Below, piece by piece: positions 1-7,447 of a stretch of DNA of 32,000 nucleotides; positions within the stretch are counted from its first letter, which is position 1, and each line of letters starts with the position of its first letter. A program made the translations under genes and the position numbers. The stretch lies in NCBI RefSeq assembly GCF_023169545.1, contig NZ_AP019769.1, forward strand, positions 600,001 to 632,000. The letters run 5' to 3'. This DNA is from Nanobdella aerobiophila (GTDB lineage: Archaea > Nanobdellota > Nanobdellia > Nanobdellales > Nanobdellaceae). The notes below the pieces were generated by a model that saw only the letters and a program-made list of their open reading frames with translations, ran no database searches and was not told where the DNA came from.

Positions 1-198
1 AATAATAACATTACTAGTAGTTATATTTATACATGCGTTACCAGAACCTGTCACTGTTAAATTCTTAGTTAAATAATAATAACCAGGAGAACTAATCGTA
101 AAACCACAAGAACTTATGGGTGTAGCAGAAAATACTTTAAAATTCACTAAAAGTAAAAGGCTAACCAATGATAATAAATATTTATATATTTTATTCAT
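1..198 (-). CDS. Partial CDS (N-terminus only; gene runs off the left edge): signal-peptide protein with a parallel beta-helix/NosD-like opening
   Basis: My own reverse-strand translation from the ATG (complement of 196-198) is stop-free down to position 1: MNKIYKYLLSLVSLLLLVNFKVFSATPISSCGFTISSPGYYYLTKNLTVTGSGNACINITTSNVII. It has a hydrophobic leader, then a C..F.I..PG.Y.L...C.I.I..SNV pattern typical of archaeal beta-helix surface proteins. It is absent from the ORF track because the window edge truncates it. Confidence 0.5.
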   Translation of the reverse strand, partial: MNKIYKYLLSLVSLLLLVNFKVFSATPISSCGFTISSPGYYYLTKNLTVTGSGNACINITTSNVII

Positions 199-210
199 TC
201 AAAATTTATT

Positions 211-219
211 AAAAAAAAA
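211..219 (-). terminator. Oligo-T tract (T9 on the minus strand) just downstream of the EF-2 stop; candidate archaeal terminator
   Basis: The run of 9 A on the plus strand at 211-219 is T9 on the coding strand of EF-2, 12 nt past its stop codon (232-234). Archaeal termination typically uses T-tracts. In DNA this AT-rich the signal is weak. Confidence 0.25.
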
Positions 220-231
220 TCTTATAAATAT

Positions 232-2436
232 TTAGTGAACACCTTCTGGAATTCCTTTTCTTTTCCTTATAGAATCTATTATTTGTTGTTGCAAGTCTTT
301 TGGTACTCTCTCAAATAATTGATCCTCTAAATACCATACTCCTTTACCAGATGTAGTAGACCTTAATTCATCAGTAAATCCAAACATATTTGCTACAGGT
401 ATCTTAGCTTTTAAAGTAGATCTCTCTTCTTGAACATCCATTTCTAATACCTGTCCTCTCCTAGATTGTAATAATGATGTAACATCACCTACCGTTTCTG
501 GAGGTGTATCTATTCTTATAATTTGTAATGGTTCAAATAATGCAGGTTGTTCTAATATTGCTTCTTTTATTGAATCTTTAGCTGCAGGAATTATTTGAGC
601 AGGACCCCTATGTATTGCATCTTCATGTAATACTGCATCAATTAATTTTACTTTCATCATTATTGTTGGCTCCCATGCTAAAGGTCCTTGTTCCATAACT
701 TCCTTAAATCCTTGTACAATATATTCTATTACTTCTGGTAAATGTACTAAACCTCTAGTCATATCTATCAATACATTTCCATTTTGTACCATAATTATTC
801 TTCTAGCTTCTTCTTTATCAAAACCAATTTCATTAAATACTTTCCATAAATCTTCTTTTTTTATTCTTCCTTCTTCTATCTTACCTTCCCTTATATATTC
901 TCTTAATTTTTCATATATATTTGGATCTAAAGGTTCTATCTGGAAATATATTTTATTATGTTTATTTGGAGACTTACCTTCATGTACCTGCGTTTGTTTT
1001 AATACAGATTCTCTATATACAACTATTGGCTCACTTACATTTATAGGAATTCCAAAATCATTTTGAACCCTATATTCTAATATTTGTAAATGTAAGTCTC
1101 CTAAACCTGAAACCAATATCTCTCCTGTATCTTTCTTTTGTTCTACCTTTATTGTTGGATCTTCTCTTCTCATTAATTCTAATGTTTCTATTAATTTTGG
1201 TAAATCATTTGGATTTTTTGGTTCAAATGATTTTGTAACTACAGGATCTAACCAATGTTTTAATTCTTCAAATGTTTCTACTGATTTTGGATCTTGAACT
1301 TTTGCTACAATTGTTTCACCTGGATATAATCCTCTTATACCAACTAAAGCAATAATATTACCAGCTTTAACAGAATCTACATTTAATCTTTGTATACCCT
1401 TCCATATTGCTACTTGCTGTATTTTCACTGGTCTTCCAGCCTGGATTAAATATACATCATCTCCCTTGTTTAATGTTCCCGAAAACATTCTAGCAGTAGC
1501 AATTTCTTGTTTAGATATCTTATCTATAATTACATTTGTAACATTTATAACTAAAGGTCCATTTGGATCTGTATTTTCCATAGCTTTACCAACTTCTGAA
1601 TTTATATTACCTTTCCATATATGTGGGATTCTATATCTTTGAGCTTCTATTGGAGATGGTAGATGATTTATAACCATATCCAAAATTACTTTTGCTACAG
1701 GAGCTTTTTTTCTCATTTCTTCCCTTAATTTTTCCTTATCATTATCGTATTTTGTGTATATATCTATTATATCTTTAAACGAAACATTATTTTTCTTCAT
1801 ATATGGTAATGATAATGCCCAATGAAATTTTGCAGACCCAAATGCTACAGAACCATCTACCACATTTACATTCCATTTACCTTTAAATTCTTGGGGAGTA
1901 TACTTTTCTATCAACCTATTTACTTCTATAACTATATTACCAATTCTTTCCATTATTTGCTGCGGACTTAATTTTAATTCAGTTATTGCTCTATCAGCTT
2001 TATTTATAAATAATACTGGTTTTACATATTCTTTTAAAGCAGTTCTCAATACAGATTCTGTTTGAGGCATTATTCCATCTACAAAATCTACAACAACAAT
2101 TGCACCATCTGACGCTCTAGCAGCTCTAGTGACTTGTCCGGAAAATTCTACATGTCCTGGTGTATCTATTAAATTTATTAAATAGTCTTGATTTTCAAAT
2201 TCATGAACCATAGATACTGCAGCACCATATACTGTCATTTCTCTCTGTTTTTCTGTTTCATGCCACCAGGTAAACATTGCCTCACCAGCAAGCTCTTCTG
2301 CTAACATTCCTGCACCGGCCAATAAAGAATCTGTCAATGTAGTTTTACCATGGTGAATATGGGCTATTATTTCCATATTTCTAATATTCTTTGGATTATC
2401 CATGACTTTCAAGACTTTGTCTGTCAATGACGCCAT
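232..2436 (-). CDS. fusA: Translation elongation factor 2 (aEF-2)
   Basis: The GTPase motifs are present: AHIHHGKTT (G1), DTPGHVEF (G3), NKAD (G4). The diphthamide-site motif HEDAIHRGPAQ is also present, and the length is about 734 aa. The track ORF opens at 2454 on a TTG (complement of caa 2452-2454). The first ATG (complement of 2434-2436) gives MASLTDKVLKVMDNPKNIRN, which matches the usual aEF-2 N-terminus, so I prefer 2436. Confidence 0.95.
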   Translation of the reverse strand: MASLTDKVLKVMDNPKNIRNMEIIAHIHHGKTTLTDSLLAGAGMLAEELAGEAMFTWWHETEKQREMTVYGAAVSMVHEFENQDYLINLIDTPGHVEFSGQVTRAARASDGAIVVVDFVDGIMPQTESVLRTALKEYVKPVLFINKADRAITELKLSPQQIMERIGNIVIEVNRLIEKYTPQEFKGKWNVNVVDGSVAFGSAKFHWALSLPYMKKNNVSFKDIIDIYTKYDNDKEKLREEMRKKAPVAKVILDMVINHLPSPIEAQRYRIPHIWKGNINSEVGKAMENTDPNGPLVINVTNVIIDKISKQEIATARMFSGTLNKGDDVYLIQAGRPVKIQQVAIWKGIQRLNVDSVKAGNIIALVGIRGLYPGETIVAKVQDPKSVETFEELKHWLDPVVTKSFEPKNPNDLPKLIETLELMRREDPTIKVEQKKDTGEILVSGLGDLHLQILEYRVQNDFGIPINVSEPIVVYRESVLKQTQVHEGKSPNKHNKIYFQIEPLDPNIYEKLREYIREGKIEEGRIKKEDLWKVFNEIGFDKEEARRIIMVQNGNVLIDMTRGLVHLPEVIEYIVQGFKEVMEQGPLAWEPTIMMKVKLIDAVLHEDAIHRGPAQIIPAAKDSIKEAILEQPALFEPLQIIRIDTPPETVGDVTSLLQSRRGQVLEMDVQEERSTLKAKIPVANMFGFTDELRSTTSGKGVWYLEDQLFERVPKDLQQQIIDSIRKRKGIPEGVH

Positions 2437-2593
2437 TAGTATTTTTTTATTCAAAATAATTTAAAAAGGATCCTATATCTAAAAATTTCATTTTTGATAT
2501 AATAAAATTTTAAAAAGATAAAATAAGATCTACTAATAGAATGCCATATTTTTATAAATATAAAAATTTATTATAATTGCATAAAAAAGATAT

Positions 2594-2770
2594 TTATTTT
2601 GTTATTTCTAATTCGAAAGGAGGAGCCTTAAACTCTACCTTTTTATGATGACCATCACAATACGGCTTATTCTCTGAATGCCCGCATCTACATAAATGAT
2701 ATATAGCCTTTCCATCTACATTTACCTCATATGGTCCATTTTCAAATCCTCTTATAACAACTCTTGCCAT
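2594..2770 (-). CDS. CDGSH-type iron-sulfur domain mini-protein (58 aa), below the ORF-track size cutoff
   Basis: My own translation is MARVVIRGFENGPYEVNVDGKAIYHLCRCGHSENKPYCDGHHKKVEFKAPPFELEITK. It contains C-x-C-x2-S-x3-P-x-C-D-G-H-H, the CDGSH 2Fe-2S signature. The region is locally GC-richer than its flanks. ATG is the complement of 2768-2770 and the stop is the complement of 2594-2596 (177 nt, in frame). Confidence 0.8.
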   Translation of the reverse strand: MARVVIRGFENGPYEVNVDGKAIYHLCRCGHSENKPYCDGHHKKVEFKAPPFELEITK

Positions 2771-2808
2771 TTATAAATTTAAAATAATATCCTTAAAAAT
2801 TTATTCTA

Positions 2809-3399
2809 ATGATAAATAAAAAATATATAATAATATTATCTGGTATAATATCTATAATAATTACAATAATATTAATATTACAAAATAATATGTATAATCA
2901 AGAACTTACAATAAAAATAAATAATAATAATTTAACATTATATAAATTAAATTTATATTATGAAGGATGTTATAATCTAACCATAAAAAATGGATATTTT
3001 ATAATATATCCTATAAGTTCTGCAGTTAATTTTTCTATGCCTACATACAATTATTTAAATACAACAAATATAATATATTGCAACGAAGATATATCATATA
3101 ATATAACAACAAATTTCTGCTCACCAATTGCCTGTCCAACTATATGTACTACAAATGGTTGTGTCAAATGCAACTATTGTAATAATTTTACATATTACAT
3201 AAATATAAACTATCCGATAATAATCGGAGAAAATAATGATTATATATCTAGTTCATCTATAGGAAATATAGTAATACTTAAATATGATAATAATGTATAT
3301 TCAACAAATAATGATATAATAATTAATAATATAGATAATAATTCAATATATTATATTATTAGCTTATATATAAATGATATAAAGAAGATTATTGTATGA
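2809..3399 (+). CDS. Hypothetical N-terminally membrane-anchored, Asn/Ile-rich, Cys-cluster protein
   Basis: The N-terminal TM segment is IIILSGIISIIITIILIL. Many N-x-S/T sequons follow, plus a cysteine cluster CSPIACPTICTTNGCVKCNYC. The stop overlaps the next start (ATGA at 3396-3399). I recognise no family. Confidence 0.55.
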   Translation: MINKKYIIILSGIISIIITIILILQNNMYNQELTIKINNNNLTLYKLNLYYEGCYNLTIKNGYFIIYPISSAVNFSMPTYNYLNTTNIIYCNEDISYNITTNFCSPIACPTICTTNGCVKCNYCNNFTYYININYPIIIGENNDYISSSSIGNIVILKYDNNVYSTNNDIIINNIDNNSIYYIISLYINDIKKIIV

Positions 3400-4061
3400 A
3401 TCTGGCAGTATTATATTCGGGTGGGAAAGATTCTAATTATTCATTATTTATAACTTCTAAATATTACAAGGTATCTGTATTATTAAATATTATTCCAAAA
3501 AATAATGAAAGTTATTTATATCAATATATAAATAACAAAATAACATTATTGCAGGCAAAAGCATTAAGTATAGATATATATAGAGCAGAAGTAAATGAAT
3601 CAGAAGAAAAAACATTAAAAGAAGCTTTAATATATCTAAAAAAAGAATATAATATTGATGGATTAGTAACTGGTGCAATAAGATCCACATACCAAGGATC
3701 TAAATTTCAAAAAATTTGTAAAGATTTAAAATTATGGTGCTTTAATCCTATATGGTTAATAAACGAAAAAATATATATTAAAGAATTAATAAAAAATAAT
3801 TTTGAATTTATAATTACGGGATGGTATTCTTACCCATTAGATATAGATATTTTAGGAAAAAAAGTCAATACATATATATTAAATAAACTAATAGAATATA
3901 ATAAAAAATATGGAATAAATATAGCTGGAGAAGGTGGGGAATATGAAACAATAGTACTATACCAACCACTATTTAAAAAAAGGATAAATATAGAAAAATA
4001 TAGGATAAATATAGAAAAAAATTATGCCGAATATATTATAGAAAAAGCTAGTCTGATATGA
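3396..4061 (+). CDS. dph6: Diphthine-ammonia ligase (Dph6 / MJ0570-PH1257 family PP-loop ATPase)
   Basis: It has the PP-loop LYSGGKDSNY at the N-terminus and the family-specific AGEGGEYET motif near the C-terminus. It is about 220 aa and collinear with my memory of archaeal MJ0570/PH1257-type proteins. Confidence 0.85.
   Translation: MNLAVLYSGGKDSNYSLFITSKYYKVSVLLNIIPKNNESYLYQYINNKITLLQAKALSIDIYRAEVNESEEKTLKEALIYLKKEYNIDGLVTGAIRSTYQGSKFQKICKDLKLWCFNPIWLINEKIYIKELIKNNFEFIITGWYSYPLDIDILGKKVNTYILNKLIEYNKKYGINIAGEGGEYETIVLYQPLFKKRINIEKYRINIEKNYAEYIIEKASLI
3981..4022 (+). repeat. In-frame 21-bp tandem duplication (2 copies, 1 mismatch) in the dph6 3' end
   Basis: aggataaatatagaaaaatat (3981-4001) is followed by aggataaatatagaaaaaaat (4002-4022). 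Together they encode RINIEKY/RINIEKN. Confidence 0.85.
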
Positions 4062-4582
4062 TAGGGGTAATATATACAAATAAATATAAATTGTCTAGAA
4101 GAGAATTTCTAAGACCTATATTATATATATTGAAAGAAAATAAAATTAAATATAAAATATTTTCATATAAAAAAATAGCTAATAATGTAGATAAAATAAT
4201 AATTACAGGAACTGCGATAATGGATTTTGATTATTTAAATTATATAGATAATTTTAAGTTTATAATAGAAAAAGATATAAAAACACTAGCAATATGTTCT
4301 GGATCACAAATTATAACAAAATTACTAGGTTATAAATTAATAAATAAAGAAATAATTGGAAAATATAATATAAATCTAGTAAATGAGAATATTTTTACAG
4401 ATAAAGATTTTGAAGCATATTTTTTAATAACTAAGGTACCCCAAATAGATAAAAAATTTAATATATATGGAAAACTAAACAATATCCCCGTATTTTACAA
4501 TTACAAAAATATATATTTTACATTATTTCATCCAGAAGTTTTAAATAAATATATTATATTAAAATTTCTATATAATATATAA
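4058..4582 (+). CDS. Class I glutamine amidotransferase-like protein (stand-alone GATase subunit)
   Basis: The nucleophile elbow is LAICSGSQ (compare GICxGxQ) and the C-terminal FHPEV supplies the His-Glu of the triad. It is 174 aa, similar in size to GuaA subunit A-type GATases. The start overlaps the dph6 stop (ATGA at 4058-4061). Confidence 0.7.
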   Translation: MIGVIYTNKYKLSRREFLRPILYILKENKIKYKIFSYKKIANNVDKIIITGTAIMDFDYLNYIDNFKFIIEKDIKTLAICSGSQIITKLLGYKLINKEIIGKYNINLVNENIFTDKDFEAYFLITKVPQIDKKFNIYGKLNNIPVFYNYKNIYFTLFHPEVLNKYIILKFLYNI

Positions 4583-4585
4583 TAT

Positions 4586-4638
4586 CCCTACCGAGGGTAA
4601 CCTTAGATTTATGAAAAGGTAGAGTTGGTGGGGGTACA
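4586..4638 (+). ncRNA. H/ACA box guide sRNA (single hairpin); predicted target is the 23S helix-69 loop U equivalent to E. coli U1917
   Basis: Lower stem: CCCUACC (4586-4592) with GGUGGGG (4627-4633). Pocket: GAGGGUA (4593-4599) opposite AGAGUU (4621-4626). Upper stem: ACCUU (4600-4604) with AAGGU (4616-4620). The apical loop AGAUUUAUGAA has facing GA/GA dinucleotides. The ACA box lies at 4636-4638, 15 nt from the pocket top. The pocket strands pair with 23S AACUC-UG-ACCCUC (complement of plus 30972-30984). Confidence 0.7.
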
Positions 4639-4693
4639 TAATGAAGATGCCATGTCCCAGTCTGATATATGATGAAAGGAGTAGCTACAGATA
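4639..4693 (+). ncRNA. Candidate C/D box sRNA directly abutting the H/ACA hairpin
   Basis: Box order is C AUGAAGA (4641-4647), 14 nt, D' CUGA (4662-4665), UAU, C' AUGAUGA (4669-4675), 12 nt, D CAGA (4688-4691), about 51 nt overall. The D-guide GGAGUAGCU (4678-4686) is perfectly complementary to 23S rRNA (plus-strand text ggagtagct, 30467-30475). The terminal boxes are non-canonical and the first spacer is long, so confidence is modest. Confidence 0.4.
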
Positions 4694-4739
4694 AAAATAT
4701 TAATAATTATTAAAACAAAATTAATTTAATATAAAAAAT

Positions 4740-6638
4740 TTATTCTTCTATCTTCTCTTTCTTATTTCCACCTCTTCCTCTTGATTCTAATAATACTGCA
4801 GCTATTATTATTATCGCAACTGCTACTAATATCCAAAATACTATCGATTCTAAATTATATGTAGGTGTTATTAATTGTTCTCCCGTCGAAGTATATGTTT
4901 GATTTAATGAATATAATATCTCTCCATTATTTGCATTTATTACATCTACATAAACTGTTACATTTCCAGATTCTGCTGTTACATTTAATGGTATTGTCTC
5001 TGAATATGTTCCACCTATTTGTACATTTTCTTCCTTTGGATATACTTTTCCACCTACTGCATATGATTGTATTATTAAATTATATATTGATGTTGTATTT
5101 GCTGTTAGTATCAGGTCTATTGTTGTATTCTGACCAACTGATAATGGTTGGTATGCTTCTAAAGATGCTGATATTGGAGTATATACAGGTACTGATCCAT
5201 TTACATATATATTATATGGATATACTTCTTGTGCTCCATTATACAAGAATACAATATTTAATGGATAATAACCTGCCTGTAGATTATTTGGTATATATAT
5301 TACCACTGGCAATTGCTCTACTTGATTTGGAGATAATGTAATTGTTGATAATTGCTGATTTATATTTAATTCTTCTGATTGTATCATTGGGGTTACCTGT
5401 ACTTCCATTGGCAAACTATCTTGTAATTGTATTTGCAATTGTACATATGATCCTGGTAGTATATTATATGTATTTGGTTCTACTGATATTACATTAACTG
5501 GATTTATTGAATTTTGATCTATTGCTACAGTATAATTATATTGATTTACTACAACTCCATTTTGATATAAATATAATATTATATTGTAATATCCTGGACT
5601 TAATTCTTCTGTATTTAATGGCAATGTTATCTCAGATTGTTGACCTGGTTGTACATCTTGTGAATTCATTAAATTATATTCTAGATATCCATATTCATTA
5701 TATAATAATAATTGTACTGTTGCATTTACAGTTTGATATCCTGAATTCTGTAATAATAAATTTATATCATATATTGAGTTTCCTAATGATTGCAATGAAT
5801 TAAAGTTTGGCGATATTGATAATACCTGTAAATTTTCTCCATTTTCATTATTCGATATATAGAATGATTGTTCTGCTACTTGGTTTAATACCTGACCATT
5901 ATCCAATACTACAGTTAATTGTTCTTCTGCATATAGTTGTCCATATATATTTTGTAGATCATAGTTTGGAACATTTATTGTCAATAAATTCTCTCCCGGC
6001 TGTAATTGTACATCTTCCTGTGTCTGATATACAATACTACCATCTTGACCATATAATGTCAGTGTCAATGTAGCTGATTGTATATTTGTCCCTATATTTT
6101 GTAGATAAGATACTGACTGTATATTTAATCCATTTTCAGATGCTTGTACTGATGATATTACTTCTGGTAAATTTACCATCGATAATGTAAAATTATATGG
6201 TACAAATGTAATATTATAACTTTCCTGACCTGTAGCTATATCTTCAACTCCATTAGAATATATTAATGATACATTTGCCTCTACTGTGAAATTATTGTAT
6301 CCATTAGAATATTCTTGAACTAACTGCTGTAATTGTAAAGGATTTACAGATATATCATATATATTTAATCCTGTTCCTACAGTTACTGGCTCATAATATT
6401 GATACACTAATTGTCCATTTGGTGCAAATATATCAAAATATAGGTATGATTCTACTGGTACCTGATTCACTCCTAATAACTTTACTATAAATGTCATATT
6501 ATTCATAGAATTTGCCAATAATGTCTGCGTCTGTGGTTCTATTATTATTTCCTGCGAATATACTGCTAATCCTACTATCCCTAATGCTCCTAAAACAAAA
6601 GAAAGCTTCTTAAGTGTTGTCACTAGTCGATTATTCAT
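4740..6638 (-). CDS. Large cell-surface protein (S-layer/adhesin candidate) with tandem CARDB-like beta-sandwich repeats and a C-terminal TM anchor
   Basis: The N-terminal signal/TM is LSFVLGALGIVGLAVYS. The C-terminal TM IVFWILVAVAIIIIAAVLL is followed by a basic tail, RGRGGNKKEK. About five roughly 100-aa modules rich in N/Q/Y/V show CARDB-like endings (for example GQQSEITLPLNTEELSPGYYNIILYLYQNG and GTYSETIPLNVTAESGNVTVYVDV). There are many N-x-S/T sequons. Confidence 0.7.
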   Translation of the reverse strand: MNNRLVTTLKKLSFVLGALGIVGLAVYSQEIIIEPQTQTLLANSMNNMTFIVKLLGVNQVPVESYLYFDIFAPNGQLVYQYYEPVTVGTGLNIYDISVNPLQLQQLVQEYSNGYNNFTVEANVSLIYSNGVEDIATGQESYNITFVPYNFTLSMVNLPEVISSVQASENGLNIQSVSYLQNIGTNIQSATLTLTLYGQDGSIVYQTQEDVQLQPGENLLTINVPNYDLQNIYGQLYAEEQLTVVLDNGQVLNQVAEQSFYISNNENGENLQVLSISPNFNSLQSLGNSIYDINLLLQNSGYQTVNATVQLLLYNEYGYLEYNLMNSQDVQPGQQSEITLPLNTEELSPGYYNIILYLYQNGVVVNQYNYTVAIDQNSINPVNVISVEPNTYNILPGSYVQLQIQLQDSLPMEVQVTPMIQSEELNINQQLSTITLSPNQVEQLPVVIYIPNNLQAGYYPLNIVFLYNGAQEVYPYNIYVNGSVPVYTPISASLEAYQPLSVGQNTTIDLILTANTTSIYNLIIQSYAVGGKVYPKEENVQIGGTYSETIPLNVTAESGNVTVYVDVINANNGEILYSLNQTYTSTGEQLITPTYNLESIVFWILVAVAIIIIAAVLLESRGRGGNKKEKIEE

Positions 6639-6643
6639 AAGTA

Positions 6644-7447
6644 TTATTTATTATAAAAAGACTTATAAACGTTACTACCCTTTAAAAGGTATAGATCACT
6701 ATCACCGGGCAAGTATATTATAATATCATTATGATCAATTTTAAAAATTTTACTTAATTCCTTGGCTATATCTAGTTGCTTTTTATTTCCAGGAACCACT
6801 ATTGCATAATTTTGATATTTTTTTGTTATTACTTCTGGAACTCCAGAAAAAATTTCGTAGTTATCAAAAGATAAAGCTATCTCTAGCTTAACATTCTTTA
6901 TATAATTTTTATTCCCATATATCATAAATGATCCTTTATTCAAATACTCTCCAGATGGTGCTTTCTTAGATACCTGATCTGGATATACATAGTATACATC
7001 TATTGAAGAAAACTTATTTTTCCAGGCTCTAGAATATGAAGCCACAAATTTTGCCGATTCATATATATCTTCTTCTCTGGCTTTTCTACCATTTTTTAAA
7101 ATACCAAAAGGAGAACCTGTAATCTCTGTATGAAAAACAATATCATTATCTTCGAGATATTTATTTATTATTATTTCATTTGTTATAGAATCTTTCCCGG
7201 CAATCAATAGAAAATCATTTGAAGTTTTTGTCCATCTGAATTTTTCATACCATTTTCTGTTTTTCTTCTTTTCTTCTTTCTTTTTCTCTATGACTATGTT
7301 TTCTTCAATATTATTTAATTTTTCATTATAATCCTTTATTATTTCCTCTATCTTTTTCTTCTTATCTTTTAAGACTTTTAATCTACTATAGATATCGTTT
7401 ATATTTTCATATATTGATTTCCTTCTATCAATTTTTATTTCCAACAT
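6644..7447 (-). CDS. NFACT-R (DUF814) domain protein; C-terminal half only of an Rqc2/NEMF/FbpA-type ribosome quality control factor
   Basis: A Lys/Glu coiled coil is followed by WYEKFRWTKTSNDFLLIAGKDSITNEIIINKYLEDNDIVFHTEITGSPFGIL, the DUF814/NFACT-R signature (GrnxxqNexl...d.wfH...GS). No NFACT-N or HhH region is present. Confidence 0.7.
   Translation of the reverse strand: MLEIKIDRRKSIYENINDIYSRLKVLKDKKKKIEEIIKDYNEKLNNIEENIVIEKKKEEKKKNRKWYEKFRWTKTSNDFLLIAGKDSITNEIIINKYLEDNDIVFHTEITGSPFGILKNGRKAREEDIYESAKFVASYSRAWKNKFSSIDVYYVYPDQVSKKAPSGEYLNKGSFMIYGNKNYIKNVKLEIALSFDNYEIFSGVPEVITKKYQNYAIVVPGNKKQLDIAKELSKIFKIDHNDIIIYLPGDSDLYLLKGSNVYKSFYNK

Noticed and set aside
4584-4640. Possible tRNA or nanoarchaeal split-tRNA half in the GC-rich spacer
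   Set aside because: I could not build an acceptor, D or T arm. There is no GTTC(R)A-type T-loop and no anticodon stem. The same nucleotides fit an H/ACA hairpin with an rRNA-matching pocket much better.
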